A stretch of 64,000 bases of DNA from Squalus acanthias (lineage: Eukaryota), in assembly GCA_030390025.1 (NCBI GenBank), contig JASTWF010000351.1:372001-436000 (forward strand), written 5' to 3'. Positions 13,445 to 26,300 of this stretch are shown piece after piece. The translations under genes and the position numbers were made by a program. The notes beneath the pieces were generated by a model. That model saw nothing but the letters and a program-made list of their open reading frames with translations, did no database searches and was not told the origin of the DNA. The first letter of the stretch is position 1. The number at the start of each line of letters is the position of its first letter.

Positions 13445-16400
13445 ACGTTAACTCTCTTTCTCTCTCCACGGATGCTGCCTGGCCTGCTGAGTTTTTCCAG
13501 CGTTTTCTGTTGTTATTTCGGATTTCCAGCATCCGCAGTATTTTGCTATCGTATTAGTGTTTGGTTCACTGCCACCTCTCTTCTTGGAATGCCTACCTTG
13601 AAGAAGTTCTGCTCTTCTCTTCGACGGGATTTCCGTTTGGCTCTTCAACCTTGTTCATCTTCATCGATTTCAGTTTCCCTTCTCGTGTTTGATCAGGTAT
13701 CTGCCAAGACTCGGTTTCACAGCCACATTACTTTCCTCAGCAACTGTCTCCGGTTCCGACTTATCCCACGTGGATTCCAACTAAACTTCCACCCTTCGTG
13801 TTTCGGATCCACCCAGGATTACAAATATCTCCAAGATATTCATCGTTCCTCGAACTACTGCACTCACCGCATCTTGAGATCCACGCTCAACGCCATGCGG
13901 CGCCACATGAACACTCTCGACATCTCTCTTCAGCAGCACCGACGCACTCTATCTCAAAGCTGTCCGGGTCCACAGTTCCATTTCATCCTTAGACTCATCC
14001 GACGCTTCAACAAAAAACTTTTCTTCTTCCTTTCCGATGTCAAGGATCGCAAGCTTCAACAACTCTTGGACACTAAAGCCCCTCCGGAACCTTCTTCCCC
14101 TTCACTTTCCTCTGACCCCCCCTTCTCCCAATCTCACCCCCTGCCGCGTTTTCACTATCCCCTCTGACCTTCCCCTCTCTGACTCCGAACGATCAGTCCT
14201 CAGCAAAGGCCTGAGCTTCATCCCCTTACGCCCCCATCTCAATGAATTTCGAGCTCGGCACGATGCTGAGCTCTTTTTCCGCCGCCTCCGTCTCCGTGCC
14301 CACTTCTCTGGCCAGGAGTCTTCCCCCCGCACGGCTGACCCTTTCTCCCGCTTTCAGAATTCTCGTTCCACCTGGACCCCTCCCTCTGGCCTCTTACCCT
14401 CTCTTGATCTTTTCATTGCTAACTGCCGCCGTGACATTGGCCAGCTCAATTTCTCTGCTCCCCTCACTCACTCCAACCTACCTCCCTCTGAACTTGCAGC
14501 ACTCCATTCTCTCCGATCCAACCCTGACATTGTCATTAAACCTGCTGACAAGGGTGGCGCTGTTGTTGTTTGGCGAACCGACCTCTACCTAGCGGAAGTT
14601 GAACGCCAACTCTCTGACACCTCCTCCTACCTCCACCTGGACCATGACCCCACTACCGAACATCAAGCCAACGTGTCCAAGACTGTCACTGACCTCATCT
14701 CCTCTGGAGATCTTCCCCCCACGGCCGCCAACCTCATAGTTCCCCAACCCCGCACAGCCCGCTTCTACCTCCTTCCCAAGATCCACAAACAGGACTGCCC
14801 CGGTAGACCCATCGTTTCAGCCTGTTCTTGCCCCACGGAACTTATCTCTTCCTATCTCGACTCTATTTTTTCTCCCCTTGTCCAGTCTCTTCCCATCTAC
14901 ATTCGCGACTCTTCCGATGCCCTCCGCCATTTTAACAGTTTCCAGTTTCCCGGCCCCAACCGTCTCCTCTTCACTATGGACGTACAATCCCTCTACACCT
15001 CCATTCCCCACCAGGATGGCCTGAGGGCGCTCCGCTTCTTCCTTGAACAGAGGCCCAACCAGTCCCCATCCACCACCACCCTCCTCCGCCTGGCTGAACT
15101 TGTTCTCACATTGAACAACTTCTCCTTTGACTCTACCCATTTCCTCCAAATTAAAGGTGTTGCTATGGGTACCCGCATGGGTCCTAGCTATGCCTGCCTT
15201 TTCGTGGGATATGTGGAACACTCTTTGTTCCAGTCCTACTCGGGTCCCCTCCCTCACCTCTTTTTCCGGTACATTGATGACTGTATCGGTGCCGTCTCCT
15301 GCTCTCGCCCTGAACTAGAACATTTCATTCACTATGCTTCCAATTTCCACCCTTCCCTCACCTTCACATGGTCCATCTCCGACTCTTCCCTTCCCTTCCT
15401 CGACTTCTCCATCTCCATCTCTGGGGATAGGTTATTGACTAACATTCACTACAAGCCCACCGACTCCCACAGCTACCTGGACTACACTTCCTCCCACCCC
15501 GCCTCCTGTAAGGACTCTATTCCATTCTCCCAGTTTCTCCGTCTCCGCCGCATCTGCTCTGATGATGCCACCTTCCATACCAGTGCTTCCGACATGTCTT
15601 CCTTTTTCCTCAACCGAGGATTCCCCTCTACCGTGGTCGACACGGCCCTCGACCGTGTCCGTTCTATCTCCCGCACATCTGCCCTCACCCACTGCCCCTC
15701 CCTCCCGGAACCACGACAGGGTTCCCCTTGTCCTCACCTTTCACCCCACCAGCCTCCACATTCAACGGATCATCCTCCGCCATTTCCACCACCAAACACA
15801 TCTTCCCCTCACCTCCCCTTTCAGCATTCCGTAGGGACCGCTCCCTCCGCGACACCCTAGTCCACTCCTCTACCACCCACAGCACCCCTTCCCCTTCGCC
15901 CGGCACCTTCCCGTGCACGCGCAGGAGATGCAACACATGCCCTTATACCTCCCCTCTTCCCACTGTCCAGGGCCCCAAACACCCCTTCCAGGTGAAACAG
16001 CGATTTACTTGTACTTCCTGCAATTTAGTATACTGTATTCGCTGCTCACGATGTGGACTCCTCTACATTGGGGAGACCAAACGCAGATTGGGTGACCGCT
16101 TTGCGGAACACCTCCGTTCAGTCCGTAAGGGGGACCCCGAGCTCCCGGTGGCCTGTCACTTTAATTCACCGCTTCACTTCCACTCTGACCTCACCGTCCT
16201 CGGCCTATTACACTGTTCCACAGAAGCTCAGCGTAAGCTCGAGGAACAGCACCTCATCTTTCGTTTAGGCACGCTACAGCCCTCTGGACTCAATATCGAG
16301 TTCAACAATTTTAGATCATAACCTCAGCTCCAATCACATTTATATTTTATTTTATCCACCCTTTTATTTGTCCCCCCCCACCTTTTTTTTCCTCCTAGAA

Positions 16401-16700
16401 GCTGGCAGCTGTCCTTCATTCTGCCAGTGGATTTCACACTTCATTCAGCCTTAATCTGTCACATTAACACCACCTCTAGCCTTGTATATCTCTTAATGTC
16501 TCTTAATGTCTCTTCATCTCCCCCTTTGTTACTTTATCCCCTCCCCCTTTTCCCAGATTTACCCTGGCCTTAAATCTATTTGATTTCCGGCTCTTCCCAG
16601 TTCTGATGAAAGGTCATCGACCTGAAACGTTAACTCTCTTTCTCTCTCCACGGATGCTGCCTGGCCTGCTGAGTTTTTCCAGCGTTTTCTGTTGTTATTT
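13445..16700 (+). mobile_element. Near full-length Penelope-like retroelement (family A, Neptune-like), frameshifted
   Basis: ORF starts at ATG 13589 and is broken near 14120 and 15700-15790. RT motifs IKPADKGG, GRPIVS, MDVQSLYTSIP, GVAMGTRMGPSYA, RYIDD. Cys-rich linker CTRRRCNTC, then GIY-YIG (LVYCIRCSRCGLLYIGET), ending 16321. Direct terminal repeats at 13445-13520 and 16627-16701. Confidence 0.93.
16599..16635 (+). ncRNA. Minimal type I hammerhead ribozyme motif (PLE family A)
   Basis: agtt-CTGATGA-a-aggtc(atc)gacct-GAAA-CG-TT-aact: conserved core, 5-bp stem II, 4-bp stem I, and palindromic ACGT in place of stem III. Confidence 0.8.
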
Positions 16701-16885
16701 CCAATAGTTTGGGAGTGTGCGGATTGTGTGCACACATCCAGACCGCAGTGAGTCTGGTGCTGCCCGGGGAGCTGGCCAAGCACGCCGTGTCGGAAGGGAC
16801 AATGCCGGTGGCCATTGCAAATACATTTCACAACGCACTGAAAAAGCATAAAACAAAAGCAGCGGCTCTTTTAAGAGGAAACCAC
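16701..16885 (+). pseudogene. H2B: Histone H2B 3' relic downstream of the PLE insertion
   Basis: [22 protein letters not shown]; degenerate stem-loop ggctcttttaagagga at 16865-16880. Confidence 0.85.
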
Positions 16886-17221
16886 AGCATTAATTTAGTC
16901 GAATTATTCATTCCGGCCATCGTCCTTTTATAGAATCACAGAACATTAATTGAGCGCGGGTTTTTGTCTGTAACTATCAATTACTGGTCTGTGAATGTGG
17001 GCTTTATTCTGTACCTGTCTATTTCTGGTATAGAAGAGTTGGTAAAATGCAGTAGCTCTCAGTCTCAAGTATGTGAGTGTGGGTTTATTTTGTATCACGA
17101 GGTCTCTGGTGTGTGAGTGCGGATTTTCTCTGTATCGTTCAAACTCTGGGATGTGAGTGTGTGTTTTATTCTATAGCTGTCAGTCTCTGGGATGTGAGTG
17201 TGTTTTTTTATCCGTATATTA

Positions 17222-17355
17222 TGTGGGCGTCGCTGGCAAGACCAGCATTTATTGCCCAACCCTAATTGCCCTTGAGAAGGTGGTGGTGAGCCGCCTTCTT
17301 GAACCACTGCAATCCGTGTGTTGAAGGCACTCCCACAGTGCTGTTAAGGAGGGAG
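17222..17355. mobile_element. Interspersed repeat fragment (SINE/LINE-like, family not assigned)
   Basis: Non-satellite segment interrupting satellite monomers; second copy at ~51285-51418. Confidence 0.45.
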
Positions 17356-20300
17356 TATGTGAGTGGGGATTTGTCCTGTATCTGTCAGCTTCTGGTATGT
17401 GAGAGGGTTTTTGTCCAGTACCTGTCAGTTTCTGATATGAGAATGTGGCTTTGTCCTGTACCTGTCAGTTTCTGATATGTGAGTGGGGATTTTTCTGGTA
17501 CCTGTTACATTCTGGAATGTGAGTGATGTTTTGACCTGTACCTATCAGTTTCTGGTATGAACTGGGTTTTGTCCTGTACCTGTCAGTTTCTGATATGTGA
17601 ATTGGGTTTTGTCATGTACCGTTCACATTCTGGTCTGTAAGTGGGGTTTTGTCTTGTACTTCTCAGTATCTGGTATGTGAGTGGAGTTTTGTCCTGTACC
17701 TGTCACATTCTGGTATCTGAGCGGAGTTTTGTCCTGTACCTGTCACATTCTGGTATCTGAGTGGGGTTTTGTCCTGTATCTGTCTGTTTCTGACATGTGA
17801 GTGGGGTTTTCTCATCTACCTCTCAATTTCTGGTATGTGAGTGTGATTTTGTACTGTACCTGTCAGTTTAGGTATGTGACTGGGGTTTTATACTGTACCT
17901 GTCAGTGTCTGACGTGAGAGTGTGTGTTCAATACTATACCTCTCATTTCCTGGTATTTGAATGTGAATTTTACCCTGTAGCTCTCTGTCACTGGTAAGTG
18001 GATGTGGGATTTAATCTGTCCCCATCAGTTTCTGGTATATGAGTGGGGCTTAAACTGACCATGTCAGTTTCTGGTATGTAAGTGGGGATTTTATACTGTA
18101 CCTGTCATTTTCTGGTACATGAGTGGGGTTTTCTTTACGGTACCTGTCACATTCTGGTATGCAATGGGGTTTTGTGCTGTACCTGTCAGTTTCTGGTATG
18201 TGAGTGAGGTTTTGAACTGTACCTGACATTTTCGTGTATGTGAGTGAGGTTTTGTCCTGTACCTGACAGTTTCTAGTATGTGAGTGAGGTTTTGTCCTTT
18301 ACCTGTATATTTCTGATATGTGAGTGGGGTTTGAACTGTACCTGTCAGTTTCTGATATGTGAGTGTGGTTTTGTGGTGTACCTGTCAGTTTCTGATATAT
18401 GATCTGGGTTTTGTTCTGTACCTTTCACATTCTGATATGTGAATGTGGCTTTGTCCTGTACCTATCAGTTTCTGATTTGTGAGTGGTGTTTTGTCCTGTA
18501 CCTGTCAGTTTCTGATATGTGAATTGGGTTATGTCCTGTAACTCTCACATTCTGATATATGAATGTGGTTTTGTCCTGTACCTGTCAGTTTCTGATATGT
18601 GAGTGGGGTTTTGTCCTGTACCTGTCAGTTTCTGGTATGTGAGTGGGGTTTTGTCATATACCTGTCACATTCTGGTCTGTAAGTGGGATTTTGTCCTGTA
18701 CCTGTCAGTTTCTGATATGTGAGTGGGGTTTTGTCCTGTACCTGTCAGTTTCTGGTATGTGAGTGGGGTTTTGTCATGCACCTGTCACATTCTGGACTGT
18801 AAGTGTGGTTTTCGTCCTGTACCTGTCAGTTTCTGATATGTGAGTGGGGTTTTCTCATCTACCTCTCAATTTCTGGTATGTGAGTTGGGTTTTGTCTAGT
18901 ACCTGTCAGTTTCTGGTATGTGACTGGGGTTTTATACTGTACCTGTCAGTGTCTGACGTGAGAGTGTGTGTTTAATAATGTACCTCTCATTTCCTGGTAT
19001 TTGAATGTGAATTTTACCCTGTAGCTGTCTGTCACTGGTAAGTGGATGTGGGATTTAATCTGTCCCCGTCAGTTTCTGGTATATTTGTGGGGCTTATTCT
19101 GTCCATGTCAGTTTCTGGTATGTGAGTGTGAATTTTATACTGTACCTGTCATTTTCTGGTACATGAATGTGGTTTTGTCCGGTTCCTGTCAGTTTCTGGT
19201 ATGTGAGTGGAGTTTTGTCCCGTACCTGTCACATTCTGGTATGTGAGTGGGATTTTGTTCTGTACCTGACACATTCTGGTATGTGAGTGGGGTTTTCTCT
19301 GGTACCTGTCAGTTTCTGATGTGTGAATTGGGTTTTGTCATGTACCTTTCACATTCTGGTCTGTAAGTGGGGTTTTGTCTTGTACTTCTCAGTATCTGGT
19401 ATGTGAGTGGAGTTTTATCCTGTACCTGACACATTCTGGTATGTGAGTGGGGATTTGTCCTGTACCTGTCTGTTTCTGATATGTGAGTGGGGTTTTCTCA
19501 TCTATCTCTCAATTTCTGGTATGTGAGTGTGATTTTGTCCTGTACCTGTCAGTTTCTGGTATGTGACTGGGGTTTTACATTGTACCTGTCAGTTTCTGGT
19601 ATGTGAGTATGCTTTGGTCCTATGCCTCTCAGTTTCTGGTTTGTGAATGGGGTTTTGTCCTGTACCTGTCAGTTTCTGGTGTGTGAGTGGGGTTTTGTCC
19701 TGTACCTGTCAGTTTCTGGTATGTGAGTGGGGTTTTGTCCTTTACCTATCAGTTTCTGGTATGTGAGTGGGGTTTTGTCCTGTACCTGACAGTTTCTAGT
19801 ATGTGAGTGGGGCTTTGTCCTTGTCCTGTATGTTTCTAACATGTGAGTGGGGTTTGAACTGTACCTGTCAGTTTCTGAAATGTGAATGTGGCTTTGTCCT
19901 GTACCTGTTAGTTTCTGGTATGTGAGTGTGAGTTTTAAACTGTACCTGTCAGTTTCTGATATGTGAGTGGGGTTTTGTCCTGTACCTGTCAGTTTCTGAT
20001 ACATGATCTGGGTTTTGTCCTGTACCTTTCACATTCTGGTATGAGAGTGGGGTTTTGTCCTGTACCTATCAGTTTCTGATATGTGAGTGGGGTTTTGTCC
20101 TGTACCTGTCAGTTTCTGATATGTGAGTGGGGTTTTGTCCTGTACCTATCAGTTTCTGGTATGTGAGTGGGGTTTTGTCATGTACCTGTCAGTTTCTGAC
20201 ATGTGAGTGGGGTTTTGTCCTGTACCTGTCAGTTTCTGGTATGTGAGTGCGCTTTTGTCATGTACTGTCACATTCTGGTCTGTAAGTGGGGTTTTGTCCT

Positions 20301-23300
20301 GTACTTGTCAGTTTCTGATATGTGAGTGGGGTTTTCTCATCTACCTCTCAATTTCTGGTATGTGAGTGGGGTTTTGTCTTGTACCTGTCAGTTTCTGGTA
20401 TGTGACTGGGGTTTTATACTGTACCTGTCAGTTTCTGGTATGTGAGTGGGGTTTTGTCATATACCTGTCACATTCTGGTCTGTAAGTGGGGTTTTGTCCT
20501 GTACCTGTCAGTTTCTGATATGTGAGTGGGGTTTTGTCCTGTACCTGTCCGTTTCTGGTATGTGAGTGGGGTTTTGTCATGTACCTGTCAGTTTCTGGTA
20601 TGTGACTGGGGTTTTATACTGTACCTGTCAGTGTCTGACGTGAGAGTGTGTGTTTAATAATGTACCTAGTGGTGTAACTAGTGGTGTTCCACAGGGGTCA
20701 GTGCTGGGTCCCCAACTCTTCACAATCTATATTAACGATTTGGAGGAAGGGACCAAGTGTAACATATCAAAATTTGCAGATGATACAAAGATGGGAGGGA
20801 AAGTAGTGAGTGAGGAGGACATAAAAAACCTGCAAGGGGACATAGACAGGCTAAGTAAGTGGGCAGAGATTTGGCAGATGGAATACAACACTGGAAAGTG
20901 TGAGGTGATGCACTTTGGCAGGAAAAATCCTAGAGCAATTTATTATCTTAATGGCAAGAAACTGGAGAGTACTGAAGTGCAAAGGGATCTGGGGGTCCTG
21001 GTGCACGAAACTCAAAAGGTTAGTATGCAGGTGCAGCAAGTGATTAAGAAGGCAAATGGAATGTTGGCTTTCATTGCTAGGGGGATAGAATATAAAAATA
21101 GGGAGGTATTGCTTCAGTTGTACAAGGTATTGGTGAGACCGCACCTGGAATACTGCATACAGATTTGGTGTCCTTACTTAAGGAAAGACATCCTTGCTCT
21201 CGAGGCAGTGCAAAAAAGGTTCACTCGGTTAATCCCGGGGATGAGGGGGTGGTCATATGAGGAGAGGTTGGGTAGATTGGGACTCTACTCATTGGAGTTC
21301 AGAAGAATGAGAGGCGATCTTATTGAAACATATAAGATTGTGAAGGGGTTGGATCGGGTGGATGCGGGGAGGATGTTCCCGATGACGGGTGAGACGAGAA
21401 CTAGGGGACATAGTCTTAGAATAAGGGGCTGCTCTTTCAAAACTGAGATGAGGAGGAACTACTTCACTCAGAGGGTGGTAGGTCCATGGAATATGCTGCC
21501 ACAAAAAGCTGTAGAAGCTACAACATTAATTAAATTTAAAACAGAAATAGACAGTTTCCTAGAAGTAAAGGGCATTAAGGGTTACGGGGAGCGGGCAGGA
21601 ATTTGGACATGAGTCTAGGTTCGGATCGGTCATGGTCCTGTGGGTAGTGAAGCGGGCCCAGGGACTGTGTAGCCTGATTCTGCTCCTATTTCGTGTGTGC
21701 AATTCTGCTAGATGCAGGAGATGGTTCTGTGATAGATAGTAGATTGGCGGTTAGGATCAGATCAGCCATGATCTTATTGAATGGCGGAGCAGGCTCGAGG
21801 GGCCGATTGGCCTACTCCTGCTCCTATTTCTTATGTTCTTATGTTCTTATGTACCTCTCATTTCCTGGTATTTGAATGTGAATTTTACCCTGTAGCTGTC
21901 TGTCACTGGTAAGTGGATGTGGGATTTAATCTGTCCCCGTCAGTTTCTGGCATATGTGTGGGGCTTATTCTGTCCATGTCAGTTTCTGGTATGTGAGTGT
22001 GAATTTTATACTGTACCTGTCATTTTCTGGTACATGAATGTGGTTTTGTCCGGTTCCTGTCAGTTTCTGGTATGTGAGTGGAGTTTTGTCCCGTACCTGT
22101 CACATTCTGGTATGTGAGTGGGATTTTGTTCTGTACCTGACACATTCTGGTATGTGAGTGGGGTTTTCTCTGGTACCTGTCAGTTTCTGATGTGTGAATT
22201 GGGTTTTGTCATGTACCTTTCACATTCTGGTCTGTAAGTGGGGTTTTGTCTTGTACTTCTCAGTATCTGGTATGTGAGTGGAGTTTTATCCTGTACCTGA
22301 CACATTCTGGTATGTGAGTTGGGATTTGTCCTGTACCTGTCTGTTTCTGATATGTGAGTGGGGTTTTCTCATCTATCTCTCAATTTCTGGTATGTGAGTG
22401 TGATTTGGTCCTGTACCTGTCAGTTTCTGGTATGTGACTGGGGTTTTACATTGTACCTGTCAGTTTCTGGTATGTGAGTATGCTTTGGTCCTATGCCTCT
22501 CAGTTTCTGGTTTGTGAATGGGGTTTTGTCCTGTACCTGTCAGTTTCTGGTGTGTGAGTGGGGTTTTGTCCTGTACCTGTCAGTTTCTGGTATGTGAGTG
22601 GGGTTTTGTCCTTTACCTATCAGTTTCTGGTATGTGAGTGGGGTTTTGTCCTGTACCTGACAGTTTCTAGTATGTGAGTGGGGCTTTGTCCTTGTCCTGT
22701 ATGTTTCTAATATGTGAGTGGGGTTTGAACTGTACCTGTCAGTTTCTGAAATGTGAATGTGGCTTTGTCCTGTACCTGTTAATTTCTGGTATGTGAGTGT
22801 GAGTTTTAAACTGTACCTGTCAGTTTCTGATATGTGAGTGGGGTTTTGTCCTGTACCTGTCAGTTTCTGATACATGATCTGGGTTTTGTCCTGTACCTTT
22901 CACATTCTGGTATGAGAGTGGGGTTTTGTCCTGTACCTATCAGTTTCTGATATGTGAGTGGGGTTTTGTCCTGTACCTGTCAGTTTCTGATATGTGAGTG
23001 GGGTTTTGTCCTGTACCTATCAGTTTCTGGTATGTGAGTGGGGTTTTGTCATGTACCTGTCAGTTTCTGACATGTGAGTGGGGTTTTGTCCTGTACCTGT
23101 CAGTTTCTGGTATGTGAGTGCGCTTTTGTCATGTACTGTCACATTCTGGTCTGTAAGTGGGGTTTTGTCCTGTACTTGTCAGTTTCTGATATGTGAGTGG
23201 GGTTTTCTCATCTACCTCTCAATTTCTGGTATGTGAGTGGGGTTTTGTCTTGTACCTGTCAGTTTCTGGTATGTGACTGGGGTTTTATACTGTACCTGTC

Positions 23301-26300
23301 AGTTTCTGGTATGTGAGTGGGGTTTTGTCATATACCTGTCACATTCTGGTCTGTAAGTGGGGTTTTGTCCTGTACCTGTCAGTTTCTGATATGTGAGTGG
23401 GGTTTTGTCCTGTACCTGTCCGTTTCTGGTATGTGAGTGGGGTTTTGTCATGTACCTGTCACATTCTGGACTGTAAGTGGGGTTTTGTCCTGTACCTGTC
23501 AGTTTCTCATATGTGAGTGGGGTTTTGTCCTTACATGTCAGTTTCTGATATGTCAGTGGGGATTTGTCCTGTACCTGTCCGTCTCTGATATGTGAGTCGG
23601 GTTTTGTCATCGACCTCGCAATTTCTGGCATGTGAGTGGTGATTTGTCTTGTATCTGTCAGCTTCTGGTATGTGACTGGGGTTTTATACTGTACCTGTCA
23701 GTGTCTGACGTGAGAGTGTGTGTTTAATAATGTACCTCTCATTTCCTGGTATTTGAATGTGAATTTTACTCTGTAGCTGTCTGTCACTGGTAAGTGGATG
23801 TGGGATTTAATCTGTCCCCGTCAGTTTCTGGTATATGAGTGGGGCTTATTCTGTCCATGTCAGTTTCTGGTATGTGAGTGTGAATTTTATACTGTACCTG
23901 TCATTTTCTGGTACATGAATGTGGTTTTGTCCGGTTCCTGTCAGTTTCTGGTATGTGAGTGGAGTTTTGTCCCGTACCTGTCACATTCTGGTATGTGAGT
24001 GGGATTTTGTTCTGTACCTGACACATTCTGGTATGTGAGTGGGGTTTTCTCTGGTACCTGTCAGTTTCTGATGTGTGAATTGGGTTTTGTCATGTACCTT
24101 TCACATTCTGGTCTGTAAGTGGGGTTTTGTCTTGTACTTCTCAGTATCTGATATGTGAGTGGAGTTTTGTCCTATACCTGACACATTCTGGTATGTGAGT
24201 GGGGATTTGTCCTGTACCTGTCTGTTTCTGATATGTGAGTGGGGTTTTCTCATCTATCTCTCAATTTCTGGTATGTGAGTGTGATTTTGTCCTGTACCTG
24301 TCAGTTTCTGGTATGTGAGTGTGGTTTTGTCTTGTACCTGTCAGTTTCTGGTATGTGACTGGGGTTTTATACTGTACCTGTCAGTGTCTGACGTGAGAGT
24401 GTGTGTTTAATACTGTACCTCTCATTTCCTGGTATTTGAATGTGAATTTTACCCTGTAGCTCTCTGTCACTGGTAAGTAGATATGGGATTTAATCTGTCC
24501 CCTTCAGTTTCTGGTATATGAGTGGGGCTTAAACTGACCATGTCAGTTTCTGGTATGTAAGTGGGGATTTTATACTGTACCTGTCATTTTCTGGTACATG
24601 AGTGGGGTTTTCTTTACGGTACCTGTCACATTCTGGTATGCGATGGGGTTTTGTGCTGTACCTGTCAGTTTCTGGTATGTGAGTGAGGTTTTGAACTGTA
24701 CCTGTCAGTAACTGGTACATGAGTGGGGTTTTGTCCCGTACCTTTCACATTCTGGTATGTGAGTGGGGTTTTGTCCTGTAACTTTCAGTTTCTAGTATGT
24801 GAGTGAGGTTTTGTCCTGTACCTGACAGTTTCTAGTATGTGAGTGGGGTTTTGTCCTGTACCTGTCAGTTTCTGGTATGTGTTTGGGGTTTTGTCCTGTA
24901 CCTGTCAGTTTCTGGTATGTGAGTGGGGTTTTGTCCTTTACCTATCAGTTTCTGGTATGTGAGTGGGGTTTTGTCCTGTTCCTGTCAGTTTCTAGCATGT
25001 GATTGGGGCTTTGTCCTTTACCTGTATGTTTCTGATATGTGAGTGGGGTTTGAACTGTACCTGTCAGTTTCTGATATGTGAATGTGGCTTTGTCCTGTAC
25101 CTGTCAGTTTCTGGTATGTGAGTGTGCGTTTTAAACTGTACCTGTCAGTTTCTGATATGTGAATGGGGTTTTGTCCTGTACCTGTCACATTCTCGTATGT
25201 GAGTGGGGTTTTGTCCTGTAACTTTCAGTTTCCAGTATGTGAGTGAGGTTTTGAACTGTACCTGTCAGTTTCTGATATGTGAATGTGGCTTTGTCCTGTA
25301 ACTGTCAGTTTCTGATATGTGAGTGGGTTTTTGTCCTGTACCTGTCACATTCTGATATGTGAATGTGGCTTTGTCCTGTACCTGTCAGTTTCTGATATGT
25401 GAGTGGGGTTTTGTCCTTACCTGTCAGTTTCTGATATGTCAGTGTGGATTTGTCCTGTACCTGTCCATCTCTGATATGTGAGTCGGGTTTTGTCATCGAC
25501 CTCGCAATTTCTGGTATGTGAGTGGTGATTTGTCTTGTACCTGTCAGCTTCTGGTATGTGACTGGGGTTTTATACTGTACCTGTCAGTGTCTGACGTGAG
25601 AGTGTGTGTTTAATAATGTCCCTCTCATTTCCTGCTATTTGAGTGTGAATTTTACCCTGTAGCGGTCTGTCACTGGTAAGTGGATGTGGGATTTATTCTC
25701 TCCCCTTCAGTTTCTGGTATATGAGTGTGGCTTAAACTGTCCATGTCAGTTTCTGATATGTGAGTGTGGATTTTATACTTTACCTGCCAGTATCTGGCGT
25801 CAGAGTGTGGGTTTAATACTGTACCTGTCAGTTTCATGTTATTTGAGTTTGAATTTTACTCTGTAGCTGTCTGTCACTGGTAAGTGGATGTTTGATTTAA
25901 TTTGTCCCCGTCAGTTTCTGGTATATGAGTGGCGCTTAAACTGTCCATGTCAATTTCTGTTACATGAATGGGGTTTTGTCCGGTACCTGTCAATTTCTGG
26001 CATATGAGTGGGGTGATGTCCTATACCTGTCAGTTTCTGCTATGTGAATGGGGTTTTGTCCTGTACCTGTTAATTCTAGTATGTGAGTGTGGTTTTGTAC
26101 TGTGCCTGTCAGTTTCTGGTATGTGAGTGGGGTTTTGTCCTGTACCTGACAGTTTCTGGTATGTGAATGTGGCTTTGTCCTGCACCTGTCAGTTTCTGAT
26201 ATGTGAGTGTGGGTTTTAAATTGTACCTGTCAGTTTCTGATATGTGAGTGTGGTTTTGTCCTGTACCTGTCAGTTCTGGTATCTGAGTGGGGTTTTGTCC

